Positions 39,932 through 52,853 of a stretch of DNA of 64,000 bases are shown here, piece by piece; position 1 is the first letter of the stretch, and the number at the start of each line of letters is the position of its first letter. The stretch is from Paramecium tetraurelia. Taxonomy: Eukaryota. Under the pieces are notes generated by a model that saw nothing but the letters and a program-made list of their open reading frames with translations, had not been told where the DNA came from and ran no database searches. Both the position numbers and the translations under genes were made by a program. The DNA lies in assembly GCA_000165425.1 (NCBI GenBank), contig CT868418.1:248001-312000 (forward strand), in the 5' to 3' direction.

Positions 39932-42900
39932 ATGTTTTATAATGACGAGGAAGAAGAAGATTGGGGAGATAAAAATGAAAAAGATGCGGAGGATGAATTT
40001 TAAGACTTAAATCCAAGTGAACACAAAAAGAGAATTCCTAATAACAGACCAAAACTATAGCCAAAACCATAGAAGAAAAAGAAAGAGGTACAGGAATGTG
40101 AATTCGCTATTGATGATCCAATCAAAAGAAGATAATTAGCAAATTATTAGCATGTTCCTGTAAGACTAGAAGCAGGCGAGAAGATGAACATCAATGTCCA
40201 ATATGATGATGGTTAGGTTAGGAAGTTTGGCCAATAAAGTACATTTGATATCCCTATAGATAGAGGCTTTTGAGGAGAAGTTGATTCCAATCTCAAAGAG
40301 TGGAACTTTCATTTACGAGGCATCAACAGGAAAGTTAGAAAGAAAGAATCCTGGAAGACCAAGAGAGGATACAAGATCCTTGTTTGATGATCCGAAACTG
40401 CAAAAGATGAGAAACAATTATGTGCCGAAACTTCTACAAAGAATCACTACTAACAATACTAAAGAAGTGGATGAAGAAGAAGGAGTCTAAGATCCTGGAG
40501 TTTCATGGAAACCAGTTAAAAGTGTACATGAAGTCCCAGAATCCTTTTATATGAGACAAGTCTTTGACAAATCAGCTAGTGGACCTAGGTCTATTGATAA
40601 GAGCAAGATTAAATCAGAATACGATGCTTTTAGATTGTTCTTCGATAATGACATCTATAATACAATTATCAAACATACAAGGGAGAGATATTAATAAAAG
40701 GTTGAAGAATAAATCTATTCGTATATTCATGGCATGGTTCATATGGGAATCAGAGCCAAGAAACCTACTTTAATGCAATGGGAATTCACGGAATATGAAT
40801 TGGAAGCTTATTTTGCTGTTCAAATATTCTTTGGTATTGTTAGATTATCAAACTAAAGGGATTATTGGAAGTCTTCTGCAAGGTAGAAGCCTATAAAGAA
40901 GGCTGAGACTGGAAGAAGAAAGTTGAGAGAATTGGCCTAAGAAAAGATGGATCGTTATGCTCATTGGGTCACTCAAAGAATGAGTTCTATCGTCAGTTAT
41001 GAAAAGTTTAAGACTATAAGAAATTGTTTGAATATCAGTGGGGCTGAGGCATTAAAATTGAAGGGCAGAGATCCCATCTGGAAAATCAGAGACTTTTTAA
41101 ATCAAATGAATATGAGATTTGCTAAGTATTACTATCCTGGAGAATTCATCACTATTGATGAGGGTATGATTCCTTTTGCAGGAAAGGTTCAATTCAAAGT
41201 GTATAATCCAGATAAACCTACTAAATGGGGAATCAAAGAATATCTACTTTGTGATGCTTCCAACACTTACACATTCCAATTAAGGTTGTATCATGGTTAG
41301 ACTATGTGGAATAACGATTTCAAATAGACTATGTTTGTAAATGAGGAGGACACTCAACACAGAACCATGGAGTTGGTGTTGCAGATGTGTAAGGATTATG
41401 AACACAAGGCACATAAGGTTGTTATGGATAACTATTACTCAAGTTGGATGCTCTTTAGAGAGTTGAGAAATAGAGGCATTGGAGCAGTGGGAACTATTAG
41501 ACATAACAGAGTAAGATATTTATCATTATTCTTAGACTGGTTTAACTAAAAAAGATCTGACTTCCAAACATTTCCAACAGATTTATAATCAATATCATTA
41601 TGCTTATTATTTGAATTAATCAAATGAACTTATGCTCATGTATTTCCAAGGAACAAGTGAAAAGGAAATTGCTTTGATTTCGAATTTCCTTGATAATTCT
41701 TTAAATGAACAACATATGTGGGATATTAGTAAATAACATTATTATGTCCCTCATTTAAAAGCTCCTTACATGATGTATGTTTACAATAAATACAAAGGAG
41801 GAGTTGATAGAAGAAATTCATATGTGGTCAAATACAGATCTCGATTTCCTGCTAAGAAGTGGTGGCAAAGTGTTTTTGAAAGACTCTTTGAAACAGCCAT
41901 CTTGAATGCCTATTTGATCTTTCGAAGTTATAATCCTGAATCATCATATCGAAACAAAGGGTAAATGAGAGATTTCAGAATTAATCTCATGTATCAATTT
42001 GCTGAAAGATACAAATCCTATGAACATCAACAAGAGGAAAACGGAAAAAATAGATTTTCATACTTTGCTAAGATTCAACCTCACACCTTTATTGAAGGAG
42101 AAGAAATTGTTAAATGTTCTGAATGTGGAAATGAAACCAAAGTGTTTTGTCAAGAGTGTACAATTCTTAAGGCAGAAGTAGTGGGTCTATGTCATGAAAA
42201 GGATACCATTAAATGTCAAAGATTTCATGAATTTATGGACTTTGAACTTGATAAAAACAAAGAAGTCATTGATAAAAGAAAAGGCAAGGATCCATACAAG
42301 CCAAATTTCTTAGAGAAACTTAATTAAAGAACTAATGCTAAAGGCAATCAATCAAGTTAAAAGAAAGAAAGTCCTCTGGTCAACTTATTAAATAAGATTA
42401 ATGATTAAATTAAATAAGAAGCCAGAGTTAAATAGGAAGTTAAAAGAGAAGATAACACTAATAAATAAACAACTTATATTATTCCAGAGGTGAAATCTGA
42501 AGATGAATCCTCAACAGATTCTGATATCTATATACAAAGAACTACAAATCAAAGATTAATTGAAATACATCAGAAAATTGAGTAAATGAGTATGTGTTCT
42601 GAAGAGTTTTTAAATGGCTCTGTGGCTAATAGCTAAGAAAACTTTGCAGAAAGAGACGAGAATGATTAATTTAATGATAATAATGGTAATGATGATAATC
42701 AATTTCAATTTCCTCAATAAAGGGCTTAACAAATAGATGATGATGATGAATAGAGAAATAGTAAAAATGAAGAATAATAGAAGGATTTTATTAAAAAAAT
42801 GATGGAATTTGCTGATGATGAGGGTAGTGAAAATGAAGAAATTCAATATCCAGAAGATGAGGCAGATCATTTTTATCAATAATTATTACAATAAGAAGAA

Positions 42901-43179
42901 TAGGCAATCAAATATTAATAGAAGAAATAACTGCAATAATAATTAGAAGAAGAATCTGAAAGATCAAATATTTCACATAAATCGAAAAAACAATAAAAAT
43001 TAGAATAGAAGTTCATTGAAACAAGTATGAGAGGCATCAAACAATCATAAATTCAATCTAATAGTGAGATAGGATAAGATCTATAAAAGATTATATCCGC
43101 TTCTTAGGATTTGAATCAAATAAGTAAATAAATAACAGAGTCAAAAGGTGACAATTAAAATTCATAGTCTGATTAATGA
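39932..43179 (+). CDS. PGM: PiggyMac, domesticated piggyBac transposase (IES excision endonuclease), 1065 aa
   Basis: ATG39932, 25-nt introns at 40239-40263 and 41511-41535, TGA43177-43179; 3198 coding nt give 1065 aa. Triad ITIDEG (D401), VMDNYY (D491) and GGVD (D609), plus NPDKPTKWGIK and KKWW. Cys-rich domain H701-H749 and a Q/E-rich tail. No TIRs. Confidence 0.97.
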
Positions 43180-43211
43180 AGTGTTTTTATCGATATAAAT
43201 TTATATAATTA

Positions 43212-44437
43212 TCATGACTTTTTTATTGAGTTGAGACATTTATTTCCGAATTATCCAGAGTTATAATGTAAATTTTTATAATCTAACATAGTTGAGAATA
43301 CACTAGCAGTAAAGAGAGCAGACGAATTCATTTTACGATACATCTGCTCAACCTCTTTTTTAGTTTTATTCATTAATACTGATCTAGCACTTGATGATGT
43401 TTTTAACTAGATAATTCTAATTAATTACTGGCGTTTGAGAATCTTATGCATAATCACAATCTTTGAAATGCTTATCACTCATATACCCATTTAATTAACG
43501 AAATGTATCATTTTATTCATCTCTGATCTATGTTGGTTCTCTCTTTTCTAATTCTGATATTGGAGTTCCAAATAGATTTTATTTTCTTTGAGTTTTAGAT
43601 TGTCTGTTCTGGGCCTTCTACAATTACAAATTCTATTCAGTCAATTTAGCAATCAATTGATCCTTCTCTTTTAATTGAGTTTGACTCTTTTTTAGTTCTC
43701 CTTATATAATAATTAGTCGTTTTGCGCAATTACAATGTTTATCACAATTTGCAGACGCATTAACCGAGAGTGTTTGGCCTAATTGCGATTAGTCGTGATC
43801 ATTCAATAAATAATCAAATGACATTCTTGAACTACCCTTCCTTTCACAACTCTATGAACTTGTTAATAAGGAATCCAATTACTCCTTCAATTGTTTATTA
43901 TCACTTTGCAATCTTAATATAGTATCTTTTAACTAAATTACTCATTTTTGCATACTTAAACTGCTTCTAACTTCAATTGAGTATTTTCATTTTAAAATAA
44001 TGTATACAATTCTTGCTATTATTTAATGTCGAATTATTTGAACTCAATATTTTCATTCTGCTCTTGGATTTCATTTTATAATAGTTTCTTCTCCTTCTCA
44101 GAAATTTCCAATGCCTCTTTTAATTCTTCCACCTTATTCTATGACGAATAAAAAGCAGAGGCAATTTAATCATAGCTTAGTTCTTTAATTTTTATCTATC
44201 TCTTTAATTCTTGTATTTATGATTTAAGACTCTCAGTTGGATCGAATAGTTAAGAATGAAATAGTCTTTCTGTTTGTTCTGATTTTGGGATTACTGTTTT
44301 ATATTAATAGTCGTCATAAATTGGTACTAACATTATAACCATATGATACCATTTTATTTTGCTTTATTTGCACAGGAAGTCTTAGAAATGGTTGTTCTAT
44401 CAGGGATAAAATTGGTTGTGCTATTTTTTGGGTGCAT
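43212..44437 (-). CDS. Hypothetical coiled-coil protein
   Basis: ATG44437 to TGA43212, heptad-rich E/K/Q sequence, short introns. Convergent with PGM. Confidence 0.6.
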
Positions 44438-44592
44438 AATTAAGTTAAGTTTTTAAGTTAATTATATTTTGAAAGTAAATCAAATTATAATAAATATATA
44501 TATTTTTTGTATCTTTCTTCTCTAGTTAAATCTTATGCGACCACTTCGTTTATATTATATTTAAAAGTAAATTAAAATGTAAAATAATCATA

Positions 44593-46749
44593 TCAATTTG
44601 TTAATTGTTGTACTAAAGTCTAATATAACTGATTTAAACATCTCATTGTAACCAAATTAGAAAATTCAATGTTTTATATTTTGGATCGAAATTTGTTCAA
44701 ATCATTAGGTACTTTTATCAATCTATCATATCTAATGTTCTCCTGAGTCTGAATTAGATCAAATATTATTTCTTGCAACTCCTCTATCTAATAAAATGGA
44801 GTTATTTTATATTGTTCCTACAACTACCCTAATTATGGGAATATGTATTCTATCAGCATCCTCAAAAAGAATTAATGTTAATATTAAATCAACACAATAA
44901 CTTATCTACTATTGTATTACAGCATAAATTATTGCATTTATATTTTCATTTTGTTAATAAGAGCTTGAATTGCCCCTTTCTCATCCCCTTTCCCCAATCT
45001 CATGTGCATTTCAGGACTAACTAAATCTTTCTGTTCCATAATCAGTATTTTAAACTTATCACTCAACAATATGCATTCGTAATCATCAAAAAAGTTTGAA
45101 TCTATTTAAACACACAATAATTTCAAATTTTAGATGTTTATTTGTCTACTAAATCTCATATTGCTATTTTCATTTGTGAATATGATCCAATTATACTACT
45201 AAAACATATGTTGCTGCTAAAGAACTAATCGACTCTATGATGATTCACTCAACCAATCATTCACTATTGTACTAGCATGTAATGATTGTATTTTTGAAAA
45301 TTATAAATTGTTGTTGTTGTTGACACTCATTTAATTGTTATTTGCATTAAACATTTTTGAATTGTACAAATTGCTGAATCCTAATGATCGACCAAAATCA
45401 ACACTTCTATTTTAATAATTGAATAATTGCGACTAATTTATATCATTTCTATTAACACTTAAATTTGGATTTTAAATTTGTTTCCTAGAATTGTAACTAT
45501 ACTTATCAATTTCTCTACATCCCCCCTCACAACCTATCTTGTTAGCTGGTCTGTTTTAGACTAACATAGTTTTTTTGGCATTTGCTGGAGTGCAACTTGT
45601 TTGTGATTCTAACTCAAACGGTAATTCAAAGGAAGTATTCATATTTGAAATTCTGCTCATATGTGCTTGTAAATTAGGTAAGTAACTCGATTTGTTTTAC
45701 AATTTAACATCTTGATTTTGATTTTGATATGGCATAGATTTTAACTATAAAATGTTTGATTGAAATGGGGTAAAATATTAGTCATTTCTTGAATAGCAGG
45801 ACTCCTTGCTTTAATTTCTTGATCTTGCTGAGATTTTACTTATTTCCATTTATTATTTAGCAGTTGGTTTAATTAGAAATTGTCTTATCGAATTCACTTA
45901 TTATTTAGGATTCTGTAAATTAGAATTTTTAAAAAAACCATCCAAAATCAAAGGTTAAGATTGTCTTGTTTTTGCATCTTCTATCAATTCTTACTTTTGC
46001 TATGCTTCCAAAAGTTCCCCATAATTTAATGCAGAGAAATGCAAATCTCCCATTTCATTATCAAAACAATTCTAAAGACTTTAATCCTTTAGATTTTAAA
46101 AGAGCTAATTCTTTTCTTCTAATTTTTTCAATATATTTCGTTACTGCATCATTATTTTTAATCTGATGTAGGCTTAATCCACATTTTTTGATTTAAATAT
46201 TGGTTTAAGGAGAGTTTAAATTTCTTCTTGATAGATTTGAGCATGATTTTTTTAACTTATTGAAATCATTTGATCTATTGCAATTATTTATATGGGTGAC
46301 TTCTTTTGAAAATTAAAACTTTGCTAAATCTAACTAATAAAAGTGTTTATTATAGTTTTTCTAAGTAAATCAAGGGCAAAAGTGAAATCATCAAGCTCAG
46401 TTAGCAATGTATATTTTAGAATCAACGATTTATATTAATCGTATAAATTTTTAACTTTTAATAAATATGACTGATTTTGAGTTCTATAATTTTACTAAAT
46501 TTTAGCTAAAGTAAATCACAGTATTTTACATGAGATATGTTGTAATCTTATCTAATCTACATTATTTTAAGGAATCATCTGTGCTTGAAATTTTTATAAT
46601 TTGCTTAACTATTTTTTGGTTCCTTTTTTTTTCACTTCTTATTTTTTTTTATCTCTCTTTGAACTATCGATAACAATAATCTTAATGTCTTTGCTCTAAA
46701 TAGGGGAAGCTTTTTTTTAGGGCTTTCTTTTTTTAGGTTTAGGAGTCAT
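44593..46749 (-). CDS. Hypothetical protein with basic NLS-like N-terminus (could be more than one gene)
   Basis: MTPKPKKRKALKKK start and long TGA-free frames under table 6. No domain recognised. Confidence 0.45.
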
Positions 46750-47097
46750 CGATATTATCTTAAATGGTTAAATAAAATTGTGAATAATTTTATAGTTGAT
46801 TTTACGTGAAAATATTTACTCATTAATAAACCATTATAAAAATTAAAAGTCTCAGAAAAGTTCGATTACTTCATATATGATAATTAATTAAGTTCAATTT
46901 TTGTTTATATCTTGTATATTAATTGAATTTATGATTGTTCTTTATTAATATACAAGAAAATATAAGTTTCCTGAAATATAGATATATTTTATGAAAAGGG
47001 ATTACAAATCTATAATATTAAGGTTTATTTTTATATTTACACTGTTATTGGCTGATTTCAAATAAAGAGGAAAGACAATAAAATAACAATTCCCTTA

Positions 47098-47844
47098 TCA
47101 ATAATAATGATAATTTATAAAAGATCTAAATTATTGAATAAGATACTAAATTTAACAGAAATTCAATTTGTTTCGACATTACTTTAAAATTTAGATTTTA
47201 TTTTATGTTCTCTAATTTTATTCATGAACTTTATTTTTAGATAATTTTTTATGAAAAAGCCCTTTTTTTAATGAGGACTAATTTGTTGGCTTAATTTGTT
47301 GGGTAGTATATTGCTTTCATCAATCTTTTAAATTGATCGAAGTCTATTGTTTCTCTTAAATTCGATTCCGATTTTTTTTTACCTATGGATGGAGTTAATT
47401 ATGAATGAGTGTTTTTCATTAAATTCATCACTTATTTTGTAAGATTATGATAATGAACATAAGAGGGAGACGGCTATTTACAATATGATTTCGCCTACTC
47501 GTCATTTTCCTCTACAATTGTTTAGATTCCTAAATATTCAGGTAATTCAGAAGTTTACAAAGTTGAACCATTCGAGAATGTCTTTCGTTTTTATTGTTTC
47601 TGTTAAAATAACTCTTATGTTATCAACATTTACATTTAATATCATCAATTTATGTCAAACTAGATACTTTTATGCCTTTTCGTTAAGGTATTCTTAAAGG
47701 ATTGATTGGCAAATAAGACTTTAGATGCACAAAGGACGAGATTTGATTTTCATATAAGGTGTCTTAACTTTTCTTATTTTAAAAGGTTTAAATGGGAGTC
47801 AACATTTTTTTGAGATGAGATGAAGAGATGTTGTTATTTTTCAT
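47098..47844 (-). CDS. Hypothetical protein
   Basis: ATG47844 and one 20-nt intron that restores the frame. The stop position is tentative. Confidence 0.4.
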
Positions 47845-47955
47845 TAAAATTATTATGTTATTAATCTATAACCAATCCGGGATCCCAATCGAAATCCTAA
47901 ACAAAAAGACATATAGTGTTATTGAACTATTCATCATTAATATATATCATTTAAT

Positions 47956-49197
47956 TCACTTTTCTAAGGAAATGTAAACTAAGCTTAAAGATATGTCTAC
48001 AGATCCTTATCCATCAACATCCCAAAACTTCTTGGTTTCATTTCCTAACTATTTTGTAGCCTTGTCAACATCAGCCCAAGATTCAGGAGGATAATTATTC
48101 TCTAAGATTTTGTCAATCATGAGTATATCCAATTTCTCCCATAATCCAGTGCTTGCAATCAGAAGATATCCTGACTTAGGAATTTTAAATTCCAAAAAGT
48201 CAGGATCAGCTGAAATTCCAATAGATTTTCCAATCTAATTTCCAAAGCATCTTGTTATCTTGATACCAGGATAATTTTATTTTGGAACCCAAACTTTCAA
48301 ACTGCCTTCCTTTTATCCTTTGAAAATAGCCTAATCTATTTTCCCTCCCTTTCTTATTATCCTATCAACTTCCTTTCCACTATTTGTGTCATGTATTGAA
48401 TTTAAATTTATTTAAACAAATTTTCTTATTTCTTTTGGATTATCATTTTATTGATCTGATTTAAAGTAATAGGCAGCCTTTGAGTCTCCCAAATTTGAAC
48501 AATAGATCATGTTGTTAACGATAATTAAACTGAGCAGTGAGGCTCCACTTAATCTAGTATCAATTAAAGTCTACCCGATCTAAAATACAATAAAAACAAT
48601 CATATACTATTTTTTATTCAATCTGCTAATATATTTTCTTCAAATTATCTTTTAAGGTTAGACTCAGTGCTAATAAGGGGACTGAAGCAAACAATTTTTT
48701 TAATTCTTCTATATAAAATTCTGTAATTAAAGAAGAAATTTAGGATCCAAACTCTCCATGTCCATCACTCAATGATCCAACAAAGAATTCAATACTTTAT
48801 GACTTATTGATCTCTAGACTTAAGGAATCTCCGTTTTTAATAAGATTTCGGAGTGCATCCAAGCCATCAAGTTATCTGTCATATTATTGTATACTTACAT
48901 ACTACTTTGGTATTTGACATAATTCTTTATTTATTCTTTAATGGACATTCGTTAGATAGAAGTTCTCTTGGAAGTTATTCTAATATTAGCATTAGAGGCT
49001 CGATATGTACTAATTATGTTTTATAATTTTTAAGCCCCTTATGGGGAAACTTCTACCCTTTATGTAATTGGAATATCTGGAAGTGTTTTCAGTTACCTGC
49101 CTATTGAAACAGGTTTTAACTAAAACTGGCTTTTTTTAGCAGGTTAGTATCCCAACTTACGCATTTATTCTTATAGTCTTCTTTATTAAGCACTCAT
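47956..49197 (-). CDS. PP2C/PPM-family phosphatase-like protein with degenerate metal-binding motifs
   Basis: SDGHGEFG, SGAS...NLGDSKA, TRCFGN, GISADPD and YLLIASTGLWE. Confidence 0.8.
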
Positions 49198-49290
49198 AAG
49201 TAAATATTAAATATATTAATATAGATATTCAATTTATTTAGATTTAAATCCCAATTTTTTTGAGATTAAACTAAATAGAGTGTATATTGA

Positions 49291-49945
49291 TCATACTTGT
49301 TAAAGTTCAATAAGTTAGATACTATTATTGGTCTTTTTTTATTAAAAATATATTTAAATTGTGATCCATAGATTTAAATTTGTCACAAATTATTTTATAA
49401 TTGAATTTTTATTAATTTAGATTTATGAATATGCTGTTATATGAACTTTCTTACTACAGAAATTTAAAGTAATATTCATAAAAAAGAATAATGTTCTCTT
49501 TTGAAATTCATGAGGTTTTACATTAATAACTTTATTCATCCACGAGTTAAGCTTTATATTGAGATACAAAAAATTGTACCCTATGTAAGTGTCCTATTTT
49601 TATAATTTTAATTAAACAAAAACAGGGTATGAATGAAAATCTGTCTTTTTAAAGATATCCTATTTATAATTAAAATAGTTCTCTAATGATTTCATCCAAA
49701 AGACTAGTTGCTAAAAATAATCAAGGTTCAGTGTTTTAGTAGAATAACTCTATTTAGAATATAACAAATAAGTAGTTTATTTTTCTGTAAATTTAAAGTT
49801 GTAAATTTCTCTGATATTTAGTCATATTAATTTAAACAAATTAGCTGAAAATTCATCATAAACTTTATTTCTATAATATATTACTCACTTCTATTTTAAA
49901 CTGAAAAATATTGGAGGAATTGAGCGAATATTTTTAAATATTCAT
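49291..49945 (-). CDS. Possible hypothetical protein or decayed gene
   Basis: About 130 TGA-free codons ending at 49291. The 5' part is unresolved and the region is very AT-rich. Confidence 0.25.
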
Positions 49946-50062
49946 ATAATAGTGAGATGAGAATCTATTGGAATGTGATAACTATTTTTGGATTGAGAAA
50001 TGAATTATAATTACAAGATATAGTTATAAATGAAAATGTGATATTAATAATAAAAAATTAAT

Positions 50063-51485
50063 ATGGATATCACATTTAACTAACTTGATGTTTTGCAGAA
50101 AATAATGGTTGAACGAGGTGAAGATATTAGATTACTCAATGCCATTAACTAGTAGGTGCTTGCAAATCAAATGTTTTTCGATTTGGAATTTACGAAAGTT
50201 TAATAATCTTTGAGATAACTTGGATTCAAAATAATAGGATTGAAGAAGAACGATAAATAAAGAATTGAGGAGGAGAACAAGATTATTGAGGCATTGTCGA
50301 AAATCCTAATGGTGAATTTACCCGAAAGGATGTAAATATATAGATTTAGTTAAACAATAATAAAACAATTCAGACCTGAAATGCACATCATAAGATTCAA
50401 TTAGAAGGATACAAAAGATTTATTTTCAATGTTTAAGTAATTCTTTATGGCTGAAAATAATTTCGATGGCATACATTTTGTACAATCGAACTAAGAATCT
50501 GATTTTAAGGTAACCGATCAAACCAAAACAGATGTCCACCGCGATCGTATTGATCAAGTTTCTAGTGAGTAGATCAAGGGAAGAATTCCAACTGTTAATT
50601 CAATCAGCTTCGACCTCTGTCATTGGGAAAATGAAGCAGTAACTAGAAAAGAAGACAGATGATACAACCAATGACAGTAAGGTGGAGAAGACTGAACCAG
50701 AAGAAAGGAAACCGAAGCTGCTTTTAAGAAAGAAAGTGATCATTGTTAGAGAAAACACGTAACAATAAATGAAATAGCCAGAAATTATAAATCGCAGTGT
50801 CTCAGTTACTGATAAATTAGTACTGTATTCGCAGCCTTAAGAATCCAATCTAAATCCTGAGAAAGAGTTGAAATATCAATTAAGATTGTAATAGAGGAAG
50901 TTGAGAAAGGATCTAAAAAACATCTATCAGCCAATGATCGATTTGGACAATGATCATATGTGGTGTTCTCATGCGGTTCTAAAGAAGAAGTTTTTGAAAT
51001 ACCCTGAAAAATATTGTATTTAGCAAATTATAATTTTAGTTTTAAAAAGAGGAGCCTTTTACATTTGGAAATTATTAAACAATAATAATTCCGACATAAG
51101 AATAACGATTATGAATTTTGCATATAGAAGAGCCAAATTGGTAATAGTTGACAAAATCCTTTAAGAATAAATATAGGAACTCCACAAACATTACAATACT
51201 ACTGGCTAAATTCCAAGATAATCATTGCCTTTGTTGGTTTCCTGTCAACAAACCCCCAAAATTATGAAACCTCAAATTCGACTCCAATAACAATTACAGG
51301 TTCCTAATATGAGTCAATTGCCTATTTTGAGAAGTTAACACTAGTAGATAAAATCAATGGAATTTTATGAAGTAACAACTAAAGATCAAAGAGCACATAA
51401 ATCAAATAAATCATTAAATCTTACTTAAGAGTAGGCAAAAATATAGCAAAAGATAAAATTATAAAGTTCAAAAGACTTAATTTGA
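50063..51485 (+). CDS. Hypothetical protein
   Basis: ATG50063 to TGA51485, with two short introns (near 50510 and 51017) restoring the frame. Confidence 0.6.
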
Positions 51486-51519
51486 TCACTATATTACACA
51501 TATATTTTATATATAAATT

Positions 51520-52804
51520 ATGAATTAAACATTTACAGCAGAAATTAAATTAAAGAGTTCAAAAGAAAGAGGTTATTTTGATCAATTAGTAGATGCTGTT
51601 GTTAGGCCACCTAGATAGATATATGATCCATCAAAATTAGGTATAATACAAAAGTCATTATAAAATAGGTGCAACAACCGTACTAATAAATAAACTACTT
51701 ATTTACAGAGAGGATTTTGTTGTTTAGTCAAGATAATAAAACTTAAAATTACAAGGTTCTTTATATAGTCCTGTTTATTTAAAAGGTAAAGCAAGTCCAT
51801 GCATTATTTATTTGCATGGTAATTCAAGTTCCAGATTGGAATCTTCATGTTATGCTAATATGTTAGCCTAAGAAGGCATGAGTTTAGTTAACTTTGATTT
51901 TGGAGGGTGTGGGATATCAGATGGATAATACGTTTCCCTTGGATGGTACGAAAAAGAGGACTTTTTAAATATTCTAAATTATATCAAAACTAAGTATTAA
52001 ATTTCTACTAAAAGATACCCATAATTAGGACCATTTGGAGTTTGGGGTAGAAGTATGGGAGCAGTAACAGCTATCATGGCTGCAGCTGAAAATCCTGAGT
52101 TAAGCACTCTAGTGTTAGATTCTCCATTTAGTAATCTAAAGCAACTTTGCATTGATATTGGCGATAGTTTTCATGTTCCAACAATTGGTGTTAGATTTGT
52201 CTTTTATTTATTGAGAAAAAAGGTAAGGAAAATAGTTAGATATGATCCAAAACATATTAATACTATACAGTATATTAAAAAGTTATCTACCAAATGTTCT
52301 GCTTATTTTGTTAGAGCGAGCAGTGACAAAATGATTGGAAAAAATCACGTTGAAAACTTGTATGATGCTTTCAAGGGAGAAAAATATATATTTACTTTTC
52401 TAGGTGATCATAATGCTCCAAGACCTACAGAAGCGTATTAAGGGATTATTAGGTATTTTTATTATATATAAGCCTATATTAAAAGGTTTTTTGCAACTAG
52501 ATTAATTAAAAGTACTGAGATTTAAAAAATGAGTTTATCTAGAAAAAGTTCTGGAAAATCACACAAAATAGAAAAAGGGTACAAATCCCAAAGATCCTAT
52601 GAGTCTGATGTGAACTATGACGAATCTGATGATGAAAATGCTAAGAAATTAAATAATGAACAATACATAACAGAAATGAAAAAACCACAATTATTAAACG
52701 TCTTTTTATCTGATTCTGACATTGATAGTTAACATTCACTTGATGAGGACTTGAAAGATCATGACCTTCCACAATTTTAAGATATTAAAACTAAATTAAG
52801 TTGA
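51520..52804 (+). CDS. Alpha/beta hydrolase
   Basis: VRPPRQIY, YLHGNSSSRLE, FDFGGCGISDG.YVSLG, WGRSMGA (nucleophile Ser), LDSPF and GDHN. Confidence 0.88.
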
Positions 52805-52853
52805 TTAAATTATTCTATATTATAAAAATTAATTTTTAATTTTTTTTGTTATT

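Noticed and set aside
40281..42327. Fragmented, pseudogenised transposase, as suggested by the ORF track
   Set aside because: The breaks are TAA/TAG Gln codons and an intron; the spliced table-6 ORF is continuous.
42610..42879. Minus-strand hydrophobic ORF from the track (also 60206-60424, 10499-10708, 10850-11056, 8748-9050)
   Set aside because: Antisense shadows: TAA/TAG/GAT-rich sense codons read as Leu/Ile on the opposite strand of real genes.
39841..43211. Active piggyBac transposon
   Set aside because: No terminal inverted repeats. TTAA sites are just AT-rich background. The gene has introns and a long C-terminal extension, and abuts host genes.
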